64,000 bases of DNA from Takakia lepidozioides. Taxonomy: Eukaryota; Plantae; Bryophyta. The position numbers were made by a program, and so were the translations under genes. The stretch's first letter is position 1. Every line of letters begins with the position of its first letter. A model generated the notes under the pieces. That model was given only the letters and a program-made list of their open reading frames with translations. It was not told where the DNA came from and searched no databases. Of the stretch, positions 14,142 through 25,973 are shown piece by piece. The stretch spans positions 15,872,001 to 15,936,000 of the forward strand of contig CM060733.1 of the NCBI GenBank assembly GCA_030704615.1, read 5' to 3'.

Positions 14142-14364
14142 CAGCGTCCGAGAAATAATTTCAGTTGAACCAGTCAATGACCCCTCATTCTGAAAACCAA
14201 CCGGCTAAGTGGGTTGGCAGTTGCTTCCACTTAATGGTAACTGCAATAGTCAATTTCCTATGTGAACATACTCGGTAAATTTCCGAAGGTTTCAATTTTC
14301 ACTCGGAAATCCTCAAAATCAGTCGGCTAGCATGTAATTGGTTGCCGGTTCTCCCCGTTGGTTG
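14142..14364. mobile_element. 223-bp insertion with an 8-bp target-site duplication (hAT-like MITE)
   Basis: AAGCTGTT at 14134-14141 and 14365-14372; only one copy of this 8-mer at the paralogous site (~3170). TIRs are weak, so a microhomology-mediated deletion in the left arm is an alternative. Confidence 0.5.
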
Positions 14365-15509
14365 AAGCTGTTAGTAGAGCTATTCACCTAGCCTCCTATA
14401 TTGCTTACCCTGTGGTTGGATATTTGTGCCTTGCATGTGCATAACCTGGGTGATGTTGGGTTCAATCCTTCAACATGTGCCTTAAACCGTCCATAGGCCC
14501 CTCAATGGGTTGTGTGTTGAGCTATAGGCTCTGTCAATTCACTGGACGTTAAAGAAACTTTATCTTTATCTTTATCTTCCTAAAATTCAGCTACTACACT
14601 CGACCAAGTTTGCAAGACTAGGTATGCACACCTCCTTGCTAGGAAATAGCTTATAGTAACAATGAAATGGCACAATATTGTCAAAGTACAATTCAGCTCT
14701 TAAGCTAAGGGCCACCTCTCACTCTAGTCCTTTTCAAGGTTCAAATAAAACTAGAAAGCCTCCAAGCTTTGCTAAAACATCTAGCAAGCTCTAAGCCTCA
14801 AGCTTCTAAATACTGGATCCTTGCAAATGATCGTACAAGTTAAGGCATTTAGTAAGAGCTAGAAAAAATATTACTATTACTCTTCAACACTAAGAAGCTA
14901 AAACCAAACAAGACTAACCAAGGGGGAATGTTATTTCCTGAGCCACGAGTGAGAAAAAAGACCGGAAAATGAAACATGAGCGACAATGTACCAAATTCAT
15001 TTGTATCCACTGAAATAGAACAATGTCCCAGTGGAAACATGGTCATGCCCAACCGCTGTAAAATTATAAGCATGTCACGGATATTGGTCTGGTTGCATGG
15101 AATATTTGTAGATTATTTTTTGTAAAAAAAATATAGACGCCAAAGGGCTACTGCCTTCCAGCTGAAAGGTGGACGCTTTCATGACACACCAGACTGTGGT
15201 TTGAACCCACAACCACATCCAACGTGGTATGCCCACTAGGCTACATGCTGGTTGTCTTATTTTATGTATAATGTACTCTGTTTGCTCCCCATGGACAAAT
15301 TGGGGCACTCTGCATAACGTGGTGATATATGTAATATAATAAGAAATTAAACTACATCAATATGAATACAATACATTAGGAAGACACCCAATTACTTTGT
15401 CCACATACGTAGGAAAAGTTCATATATATTTTGGAGGATCCTGCATTTGGTCGTATTTATTCCTCAAAAAAGCAGCGAAATGCAACATTTTTCTTATATG
15501 AAATGTGAC

Positions 15510-15725
15510 ACCAACAGTTAGTAGCTCAGTTGGTTAAGTGCACTGAGTGCCACCCAGATGATTCTGGGGTCAAATCTTGCTACTGACGGGTGTGGTATGG
15601 TTCCTGGGCGGTGTCCCACTCATTCGCCTCCATGGCGCATAAATGAAAGAGGTTATTTTCTCCTCTCGCTACAAAGGGGCCTGATTTGTGAGCTGTCGCT
15701 CCTAGGTGTTTTTTAAAAAAAAAAC
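15510..15725 (+). mobile_element. Full-length tRNA-derived SINE
   Basis: tRNA-like head 15517-15587 (A box TAGCTCAGTTGG, B box GGTCAAATC, GTGCCAC anticodon-like loop), then body and A tail. TSD AATGTGAC at 15502-15509 and 15726-15733; empty site present in the paralogous arm (~2285-2295). Confidence 0.9.
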
Positions 15726-17512
15726 AATGTGACCTTTTTTGCGAACTACAATTCAGACTCGGATGCGCTTTTGATATGTCATAGGAAGTGGGCCTTCTGG
15801 GAACAAGGTGGTATCTCTCATTTCTCTCATCTCTGTAACTCTGGAGGGTTTGTTTCTCCGAGGCGACTTCTTCTCTTTATGCTCATAGAGCTTTATCCTG
15901 GGATACTGTCACATCCGAAATCCCTCCTGAATGGATTTCTCTCTGTTCCCCTCCAGCTAACATTCGTCCTTTGCAAGCTTGTTAGGTGGCTCTGATGGTT
16001 AATTTGGATTGTATGCTCTCTATGCCATCTCTAGATCTAACCAAGTTGTTGAGGGTTGGAGATTCGTGGTGGACAGTGTGGGAACTTTACTTTCACCTAC
16101 CCCCTTCTCTGCTCATAAACATCAGGGTGTTTTCCTTGGAGACTGGAGACATCAGCTCTACTCCCCCTCATGTTATCTTCTATTATGCTGCCAATTTTCG
16201 CTGGTTCCTTTCTGCCCCCTTGCAGATGCTTCAGTTCGACCCAACCGAGTGGAAATGGATGTCTAAAAAACATTTGGTTATATTGTTAAGTTGGGTTACT
16301 CCTTTAATCCCCCTATTTTTTCCAGCTCTAAGTGGAAAGATAAGCGGCAACAATTGTCTGATATCCCTGCTGATTGGAAGCCTATTTGGAAAGACATTTG
16401 GAGAAAGGATAAAACGGCCAAGGTAAGTGGCTTCTTGTGGAAGTTGGTCACTTTATTCTTCTCGTTTTTAGCTTTATCTTTGACTCTCCCCCTCCTTGCT
16501 CCATCTGCTCATCTCAGAGCTGCGTGACGATTGAACATTGCTTGGTTAACTGCCCCTTCTCCACTTCTATACGGTCTGCTGCTAGCAGATACTATGCCCT
16601 ATGAAGACCCGACTTTTCTTCGAATCCTTCTGTTATACTCTTGAATTACCTTAACCAATAAAATCTCAGTTACATAAGCAGACTATGAATGAATCCCAGT
16701 TTGATGATGAACCACCCATAATACATTCAGAATGGCAATGTGTGGTCCCCATGTCTTGTGTGAGCAACCTTGCGTGCGCATGTCTTGTGGAATATTTTTG
16801 GAATAGCAGATGCTCTTGGGTCTATTCAGGTGCCCAACCTTATGTTAGAACAGTGTTGTATACGGTTCACTCAGACATTATGTTTGAGACCCGCAAGGCT
16901 TGGTGTACTTTGTGTGCAGAGAAGTTCCGAGAGAAAGAGAAGGCAGTTACTCGCTGATTTTGACAGCACCTAGGGAAAAAGGGGATGTCTCGGCTCCAGA
17001 ACTTCGGATTCAAAGGTTCTCTGGAACGACAGTTTCCCTCCATGCTGGGAGCTTGGCTAGTGCTCAACATTTTCCCTTGGACGGCGAAGAGTCCGACATC
17101 AATTGGAGACATAAGAGAGGCCTTAGAGGAGGAAAATCTAAAGCTCAAATGTCCTATGATTCTTCTAAATGTAAAAGGGGTTCTGCTTAGTTCTTCTTGC
17201 GTGCTGCTCCTGTTCTCCTTCTCTCTGCTTTCTGCTGTTCATGATCTTTGGTGAAACTTGAGCCTTAGGACACGTTCTTCCGGCTCGTTTCTTCTTGATT
17301 TTCTCTAAGCTTAATAGGGATAGTGCTTAGTCCTTCTCGTTGCTCTGGGATTCCACTCCTCTTTGCAGCTCTTTTAGAATTTGGTCACGGGCCGGCGCCC
17401 CCTTTTTCATCCTTTATGGTTGTAATCGAGGTTATTTGTTCCTCACCCCTATGTAATACAATTCTGGCCCTTCCATCGGCCTTCTCCTTAAAAAAAAATT
17501 AAAAATAAAAAA
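15726..17512 (+). mobile_element. L1-clade LINE 3' portion (post-RT region, zf-RVT, 3' UTR, A tail), degenerate
   Basis: WEQGGISHFSHL...IPPEW, WKPIWKDIWRKDKTAKVSGFLWKL, C..C...TIEHCLVNCP, FWNSRCSWVY; A-rich tail at ~17490-17512. Confidence 0.85.
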
Positions 17513-18726
17513 ATGAAAGAGAGAGGTGCCACAAACAGCCCAAACTACCGTCATAGTTTTACTATGTCGCCATTGGACCTTCCTCGCCCTAGAATTCCAA
17601 GGCTAACCACACACAACCACAAACAACGTGACCAGGTTTGGTTGAATGATGGTTTTCAAACTGACATATGATACGATTTCACGTGTGGTATCCCTTGGTA
17701 TGCTTCACGACTTTATCGAGGTTATTTTTTCCTCTGTCCCTCCCTTTTTTTAATGCATTGGGCAACCATCAATGGTTATACAGAGAGTTTCCCCCAGTTA
17801 GAGTTTCCCCCAGTTAGCCTTGAGGTCTCCCAGGTGGTTATTTTTTCCACCTTTTTATGAACGTTTATTTAAATTAATTTGATTAAAAGGGCCTCTGTCC
17901 CCTTTCCTTAAAGAAAAACAAACAAATTGCAATTGGGGTTTCAACGAACGAAAGCTGGACCGTATCTCGTTCGTCTTTTGATCGACAGCGTCCACTCAGA
18001 AACCAAAAGAATTGATTTTTTAGCTGGAGTTCCACATTTTTCGTGCCGTCCACGGACGAGAAACAGAAACGGCGAGTATTGTGCCACGTCGGGGAAGAAG
18101 TGGAGGAGCCAAACGTCTCGTCTCTGTTTTGGCGGCACAGCCACCACGGCCCTTCAGTTCATGTTTGCTCTCGGGACGGTGTCGCCTGAAGCTTGGTTGC
18201 ACAATTCCATGCCGCAATCTTAGGTTGCTGCCTGCATCTCCTCTCTCTTCTCGTAGGTAGGTTTAGAGAGTCAGCAAGATTTCTTATAACTTGGTTGTGC
18301 TGTTCTTTATCTTTGTGTTGTTCTATGCAGGCCGTGTCCTTGCGTCCTGAAGTCCAGACTTTAGCAGTTGGAATTTGACCTTGATTTTTTTCATTGGCAG
18401 TCTGAAGCGTGGTATTTCAGCTCAAATTGGACCGTGCTTTAGAATTGAAACTGTGCACCTGATTCTGTTGAGTAGGTTGCGTGTTCTGGTGCAGTTTCTA
18501 TCTTTGCGGTTCGTTACGTGTAACATGGAGAAATGTTTTGTTTCTTCTTACAGGAATGCATTGAGCTAATTATCAATTGTTTTTGGCACGGGCTTGTGTC
18601 GCAGTTTTGCACCAAGCTAGCAGGTCTGACTCAGATTTTTCGGTCTTCTCCAGAAGTGTGCCATTGACACTTCTTCTTGGTGAGACATCTTTGCGATACG
18701 TAACACTTGACCTTCAGCTGAGTAAA

Positions 18727-21700
18727 ATGGCAAACAGGCCACGGAGGGAGGTTAGGAAAGTGATAGTTGAGAGGGATAGCGACTCTGAGGAAAGCTCTTC
18801 AGAAGAAGATGAAGACCAAGTGTCGGAAGAAGAAGCTAAAGAAGAACAAACCATTATGAAGGACGATACGGAGGAGGAGGGTCACGAGGAAGAGGAAGAA
18901 GAGGAGGAAGAAGACACGTCGGCCAAAAAGAGGAAGCGCATTACTATTAGTCTCAAAGGGGCCAAGCTTTGTAAGGTTTGAGTCACTGGCTGTGCATGAA
19001 ATCCGTGTACACTTTCTCTAAATTCCGCCTCCTTCCATGTTTTTCCATCTTACACTAGTGTTCCACTTAAACAGGTTTATGAGTTGTGATGTAAGGGATG
19101 TCAATTGATGCATGAAGCTGTGTTTGATGGAGCAAAGATTCTGCTCCTACAGTTCCGTCATGTGTAAAATTTCCAGCTTAGTGATAATTTGACAACTATA
19201 AAGTTGTGGAACAATTCTACTAAGAAGTAGAAACTTCGGTGTATTTTGCTAGCGTTTCACTGCAATGCATTCAACTCACGGAAACGGATTGTCGATAACC
19301 TTCCATGCTGGAAAATTTGGAAATGTACACTACTAACCTTTCAGAATGGGGGGTTTCTTACAAGTGTTTACTCTAATTGAAGTTTTTGTGGAGAGTATAA
19401 GAAGCTTAACATGGTTCCCATTTTTGGAAGCCATGCGTGGGCCTTGCAGTTTCCTGTTTGATTCAGTCAACACTTAGAATCTAGTTCAGGGGATTCTTTG
19501 TGGGAAAAGTCACACATTGATGCCATGAATGTAAATGTACCTCTATGACTGTCTTCATGTGCAACTAGTCAACAATTGTGCTGGTGCTGTACTTCCACCT
19601 TCTTTCAGCTTGGAGATAAAAACTGGAGGGCACCATGACCTTATCTCAACAATCTCTGTTTTTATTTACTAAGAGATTCAGGGATTGGACAGGTGTGCAA
19701 GGCCAAGGACCATCAGGCTGGTTTTGTGGGTTCGGTCTACATGGATTGTCCTAACAAACCCTGTTTTCTCTGCAAGAAGCCTGGTGAGTATCCTGAACTC
19801 CCACCTGTATCTTCTTTTTTCTTCCTCACTTCCTCCCTCCCCACTCCTCTCGGTGCACACAAATCAGTAAATAGGCAACACACATGGGCTGAGCAGGTAC
19901 GGAGGTAGCAATCTAGGTTGTAGGTGGTAATGACAGGGTGCAATCTGCAAGACAACATGCATTGAGCATTCAGTTATGGCAGGTCATACAACTGCCACGT
20001 GTCCTCACAGAGCAGCAACAGAGCATGGGGTGGCCCCGGCTCCACGGAGGCATTCGCTGGGGCTTGTTGATTTTGTACATGAGCGTCAGCTTCACAGCCA
20101 CCTACCTACTGTATGCTTCCTGTCCCCTTTTGAGACGCTTGTGTGGACTGATGTAAATGTAGTAGTAGTTTGTCTCATAAAGAGAGCTATCTCATGTGTT
20201 TCTTGATTTCCCTATGGGGTGGGTTTGTGTGTTTGGCCATTACAGGGAGTTCTTAACATTAATTCTGGTTCTTCTGGGTGGAGTGTTTCTATGTCTGTGT
20301 GCATGGAGAGATTTAGGAGAGCTGTGTGGTGACATGCATTGTATTCACAGTATAGGCACATCAAGAATGTGCATTCAGTCAAAGTTGTGTGCTCGCATGT
20401 AAAGCATAATATTTGAATTAAACACCTGTGAGATTCTGAAGTGGGTGTGAAAATTTGGTTTGGGATTTCCATCATTCTGAACCAAAGAAGATTTTGTTGG
20501 TGGCATGGCAACACTTTTCAGGTGAAACCTGCACCATTGATTCCAAATGTTGTGGACAGTGCCATAATCCGGCTGCATAGTCGGCGGGTGACATACATGG
20601 AGTTTCACCCCACAAAAGATAACCTACTCATCTCGGGTGACAAGGTGCTTATGAGCAGAGGGAGGGAAGGGTCCATGCAATTCTTTTCTCATGCTGAGTT
20701 GTCGAAATAGTTGAGGTGACAGAAGGTGTTACTCAGGGTTAAAACTAATAATTGTATTAACAATTGGTACCTCTTTCTACTGTGGTGGACAGAAAGGGCA
20801 GATTGGAATCTGGGATTTTGAAAAGGTGTTCGACAAGACAGTCTATGACACGGTGCATAGCTGCCTGGTCAATAGCATCAAGTGAGTTACTTCCATAGCA
20901 CACTGACGTAATCAAGTACGTGCTTTCTTTATATGTGCTTATTGTATTCATTTGGTATATCTCAATTTCTGATGGTTTACTTTGGGTGCTCTATGGACCT
21001 AGTCAGAAACTGCATGCATGCACACATCAGCACATTTATCAGTCTTTTACCAGGTGTTTATCATAGTAATGCTTAACCTGTTTGGAAGATGGTGGGGAAA
21101 AAGGCAGAGTGCACTACCTGCTGATCTTCAGGAAGATACTGATGGTGTGCCTTTGCTGCCTCCTCCTAATGTACAGATTTCATCCCGGGAATGATGGCAT
21201 GATCTACACAGCATCGTCAGATGGCAAAGTGTGTTACACGGACTTGGAGACGGGGATGCCTCAGGGTCTTGTTGATCTCAACCCTGATGGTTGGGCGGTA
21301 GGTCTCTTAACTGTTTGCTATTTGTATGAAGATAGTTCTTTAGACTCCTGTTTCAAGTTCAGTTTGCTTACCACAATTTTCCCTCTGACTTTTGCTGTAA
21401 GATATATAGTGTGTACATGTGCTCATCACGTGTAGGACCCCACAACTTTCTCAAAATATTGTTTTTTTCTCTTTTTCTTCGTCCATTTCATTTCTACTGT
21501 GGGGGACAGATGCTCCTCAGATGAAACCTTCTCTCTCTTCCTCCCTCTTGTTGTCTTGCTCTGCACATGTAGGCGGATTGGCGATGCAGATTGAAGTATA
21601 GCCTGTGTTCGTAGAGGGAAATGGTTTGGACAAATTCACTCTAATCTCTCTCTTCCCTCATGCAACGTTTTTAAGAGAAGAGGATTGTGTGTTGAGCCGC

Positions 21701-24700
21701 CAGGGTCCAGCAACATGGAGGATGATGTATGCTATGGATGTCAACACCCAGCGCAACGTGACCCTGGCTGCCGACAACTTTGGCTTTCTTCACCAGTATG
21801 TGCATCCCCTGGCCCTTTTTGCATTACTGAATTACATGGATTACTTCCTTATACATTGTCTTTGGTGTATTTTTATAACATGGGCTTGTATAGGGTCCAC
21901 GTATATCAACATCATGAAGAACATGTGAAAGTCATGGGGTTATTGAGTGTTTTTGCAGGGTTGACATGCGCTCGAACAAGGTTATAGGGAAGCCCATGGG
22001 AGTTCACAAGAAGGGCACAAAGGTTGTAGGCTTGCACTGCCACCCTATAGACCCAGACCTATTTCTCACCTGCGGAAATGACCACACGGTAGACTACATA
22101 CCAAACTTTTCTTTTTTGCCAAGACCTTTCTACTGGCCGTCACACATGTACACAGTAGACTTTCATTTCAGGGCCTCGTGGCAGTAAATTTCAGAGTCCT
22201 AAAACTTAAGTCTCTGAGTTATTACTCGTATTAACATAGTATGGAATCCAAACAAAATGTGCTGTATTTGCTGATGTCATTATGACTTTGTCTCTCCCAT
22301 AACTCTGGAAGTATGCTCAAGTAATTGTGTGGTATCTGCATGTACGAAGGAGCTTCATGATCTTAAAGTTCACCTCGGGAAGGACGTGTCTGTGCAGGCC
22401 AAAATGTGGGACATGAGAATGCTGGACTCTTCCAGCCATCTTGTGGTGCTTCCTCATCCCAGGGTGGTCAACTCTGCCTATTTTTCCCCAGTTACAGGGA
22501 ACAAAGTTTTGACTACGTGTCAAGACAACAGAATACGAATCTGGGACTATATTTTTGGCGATCTATCCGAGCCGAGCAGGGAAATTGTGCATAGCCATGA
22601 TTTTAACCGCTACCTCACTAACTTCCGTTGTGAATGGGACCCAAAGGTTGACTCTTTGACTCTATTTCTGAACCCACCCAAGTTATTAGACCTGCCTTGG
22701 AGTACGGATCTGCTATATGGGTTGATAACTCCAACCAGGCTAAGTCTCTAGAATCCATTCAAGTGGGGGTGCTTAAGGAGTGTATGTCAGCATGCTCCAA
22801 AACAGCCAATGTGGCTGTTCGGGGTGAGTTTGGCATTCCGTCCTTAAGCTCCCGACGAGATGAATTCAGGTCAGATGGTGGGGTCAGCTGCAACATATGC
22901 CCAACACCAGATATCCTAAGTTAATCGACTCTATATCTTGGAAACAGGACCGCCCTGTCAAACAGGCTAAGTCCTGGCAGAAGAGAGTAGAAGCGATCCT
23001 CGAGGACCTGGACCTGGATCCGCAAGTCTTGACCCTGCTGGATAAATCTGACTTAGAGGCTGTAGTGTCCTCAGCCATGTCTGTTGCCATGAGATTGTCT
23101 GATGAAAATGAAGTTAGGCAGAAAACTTCCCTGAACTTGTTTCCAGTCTGTGACATGGGGGAGGACATCTTGGATGACCTCAAGGGTCTACCCACTCTCG
23201 GCACGAGACTGAAATTTAAACTCAGGGCAGGAAGCCTACCTTTGAACAGCAAACAGAAGCAGAGAGGAAAGGGAGAGTGCAATTGCCCATTGTGTGGGCA
23301 ATCTGAAGACAGTATTCATTTTCTGATACACTGTCCGGGGTTCTCTCACCAAAAAAATGCTCTCTTCAAATCTATTAAGGGAATTGTGCCTGTACCCCTG
23401 TTTACCAACTTTGAAAGTCTCGAGGCTGAGCCAAAAGCCCAGGCCCTCCTGAGGCCTAGTTTTTGGGCAAATCACACACAGCAGATTGATGCTTGTGTGA
23501 AGGGATTTCTAGAGGATATCTGGAAAACCCGGATTAATTCTTTATATGGAGGTAAGTCTTACTACCAACGTCAGCCCCTGACAGAGGTAGGTTCTGTCCC
23601 TTTTGTTCCCGCTCAAACTGGGCGCGGGGTCAATGGCCACAAGGCTACAGCAAACAACGTCTTATGAGTACAATCTGAACCCACCCAAGTCAGATAGATA
23701 TAGAGCAATCAATACTTTCCGGTTGGAGATATCCAAGTCTTGTAAATTTTTTGCTAAGAGTCTCAAAAAGTTGTTGGGAAGGTGCATGATCTTTGGTTTT
23801 CTGTGGCTCCAATGTTTTTGTCTGTCAAAGACTGGAAGAAGGAACCATGTGAAGGTGAATCCAGGATATTGCTCAGGCATGCATACCTGGTCTGCTTCAC
23901 ATGTATTTTTATCATTCCGCCCAGTTTGTGGATATATCCGACTGATGAACATGATGGAGTCTTTAGTTGGCACTGAGATTCCTTGTTCCTATAGTCACAT
24001 GCAAGTTCTGCTTCCAACCAAAAATTCTTGAAATGTTGTCGAGTGCCCATCTTTAGTGTCCTTAGCACTGACACAGTAGAAAGGGCAGTGGATTGAACAC
24101 AGGAGCAACTTATGCAAGCGTTTGCTGCTATGTATGAATTTACACATATGCTTCATTTTACTGAGACACTGGTACAATTTGGCACAGGACCCCTCGGAGT
24201 GCTTGGCAGTCATAGGACGCTACATCAGTGACGATTTCAATGGAGTTGCATTACATCCTATTGACTTCATCGATGTGAGCACAGGACAACTAGTAGCTGA
24301 AGCAGTTGATCATAACATTACGACCATCAGCCCTGTCAATAAGTTACACCCTCGGCTTGATGTCTTGGCTACCGGCAGCTCCAGGTTTGCATCTGCCATT
24401 TAGCGAAAGAGTGAGACATGTAGAATAGAGAAAGAAGGAGCATTTCTCCTGAGTTTTGTGTGATGTGTTCATTACAGTCTATGGAGACATAAGAGGTGTA
24501 GTGGCATGGCTGGGTGTGTGGGCATGCGCGTGATTGGACTGGATTATTTGGTATGGGTTAAATGACCTGATACAGGAAAGAGAAGTTATTTTAATGTCCA
24601 GCAGATTAACATCCAGCAAAGTTTGAGAAAATACAAAAGAAGAAACCCGCAGCCTGTCACCATTGATGGTGGCGGGCTCCAGGACAGCGTCTAGGCCCCA

Positions 24701-25973
24701 TGGGACAAATTAGAATGACAAGAAGCCAATTAAAAAACGATGCCTGCAGAGAGAATAAGGGTACAAGCGCAAAGAAGAGAGACAGAACCAACGAACTAAA
24801 TGGAATGAAATGAAATGTACTTCACAACGTCCACGGAAAGCTCAAAGAGCTTATGGGACAAAAGGGAGAAACCAGAAAGAAGAGACAAAACCACAGCCAA
24901 AAGCAGCCCAGAAGCAACTGCTGCTGAAGGGTTTGCCTAAGGGCCAAGGCCTCATGCAGATAAGCTGCCAAGCATTTATGATCCTTATAATGGAAGACGT
25001 CAGTGAGAGATGGGGTTCCACGGAATAGAAACTTGTTAGTGTGCACAAGGGTCCCCTGGGAGAGGAAGAAGAAAGAAATGAAGAGACTTTATAACAAAAG
25101 AGCCTTGTGAAGATATGTGGTCAAGCATCGTAATGAAAGACATCAGCAAGGGATTGGGTGTTCTGGAATAGGCAATGGTATCGACCTTGGATCTCATGAT
25201 AGAGAAGAAACAAGTAAAAATTCAGTCAGTATCTCTCAATCTCTCCCAATCACTCAGTCAGTATCAATCACTGTCAATCTCCCTCCTGTCACCTCTCATG
25301 CAAGCCAGGCACAAGCAGTCAGTGTGCTCTAGATTGTCCCATCTACCACTCTCTATCCGCAGGCTGTGTGAGCCCACCCCAAACCTTCCCAATGCCCTCT
25401 AGAAGTGAGGGAATAAAGTTGCAGACAAATAATTGGGCTGTGAGGTTCTATTGTAGCCAAGGACCAATGTGTGATGCAGCTTTGTTGTAAGATTCTCAGG
25501 TTTCCAGGTCTATTGAGCTCCACGGTTCCTGTCCAATTACGTTGTTGCAGTCATGTTTGGAAGAAAATTCCAGACCTTCTGCATTTTGTGGCAGTAGGGA
25601 TGCAACTGATAAGCCATGTGGAGACCAACAGGTTTTTAAACCAGCTGCTTTGAGTAGCAGGTGACCACCTGCATGTATACATGGGCCTTGGATACTGACA
25701 AAGATATCTGGTTGCAGATCTCTATTTATCTGGAGACCCAAAGAGGAACATGACTTGGAAGAGACTGAGGCTGAAATTGAGGATTTGAAGTCAAACAAGG
25801 TTCAAATTTACCAGGTTGATGATGGTAAAATAGGGAAACGTAAAGGTAAGTTTGATGACCATGATGATGACGACTTTTGCAAGAAAAAAGGAGGTGGTAC
25901 GTCCAATCTTGCTGGGCCCTCAAAAGTGGTGTGTCCTCCCTCCAAAAAAGTGTCGAGGTCACAACGAAAGTAA
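18727..25973 (+). CDS. DDB2: DNA damage-binding protein 2 (acidic N-terminus, CCHC knuckle, WD40 repeats), ~574 aa
   Basis: Exons 18727-18975, 19693-19783, 19983-20110, 20522-20644, 20793-20881, 21177-21297, 21704-21795, 21959-22088, 22398-22646, 24188-24384, 25718-25973. GT-AG, phases consistent, 1725 nt. Motifs CKVCK...[68 protein letters not shown] are typical of plant DDB2. Confidence 0.96.
22684..23673 (+). mobile_element. 5'-truncated RTE/RTEX-like LINE in DDB2 intron 9
   Basis: [12 protein letters not shown]...[11 protein letters not shown], then ORF 22897-23667 with [18 protein letters not shown]; perfect 17-bp TSD TCTGAACCCACCCAAGT at 22667-22683 and 23674-23690. Confidence 0.9.
24797..25050 (-). 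mobile_element. RTE-like LINE 3' end with (CATTT)n tail, in DDB2 intron 10
   Basis: [22 protein letters not shown] matches 30170-30250 (SLAVFFHYEDQKCLAAYLYEVL); 3' UTR GTCCCATAAGCTCTTTGAGCTT shared with 30720-30780; tail ACATTTCATTTCATTCCATTT. Confidence 0.8.

Larger units (their letters stand above)
13909..15995. repeat. Right arm of the inverted duplication (partner 2017-3402), carrying three extra segments
   Basis: Matches the left arm except for extra segments 14142-14364, 14949-15204 and 15510-15725. Confidence 0.95.

Noticed and set aside
15517-15587. Functional tRNA gene
   Set aside because: The arms are imperfect, and it is followed by a SINE body and A tail, flanked by a TSD, with an empty paralogous site.
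2017-15995. Giant foldback/Mutator element carrying VHA-d, with the arms as TIRs
   Set aside because: The outer boundary falls in the middle of an L1 ORF that continues beyond the right arm, and no flanking TSD was seen.
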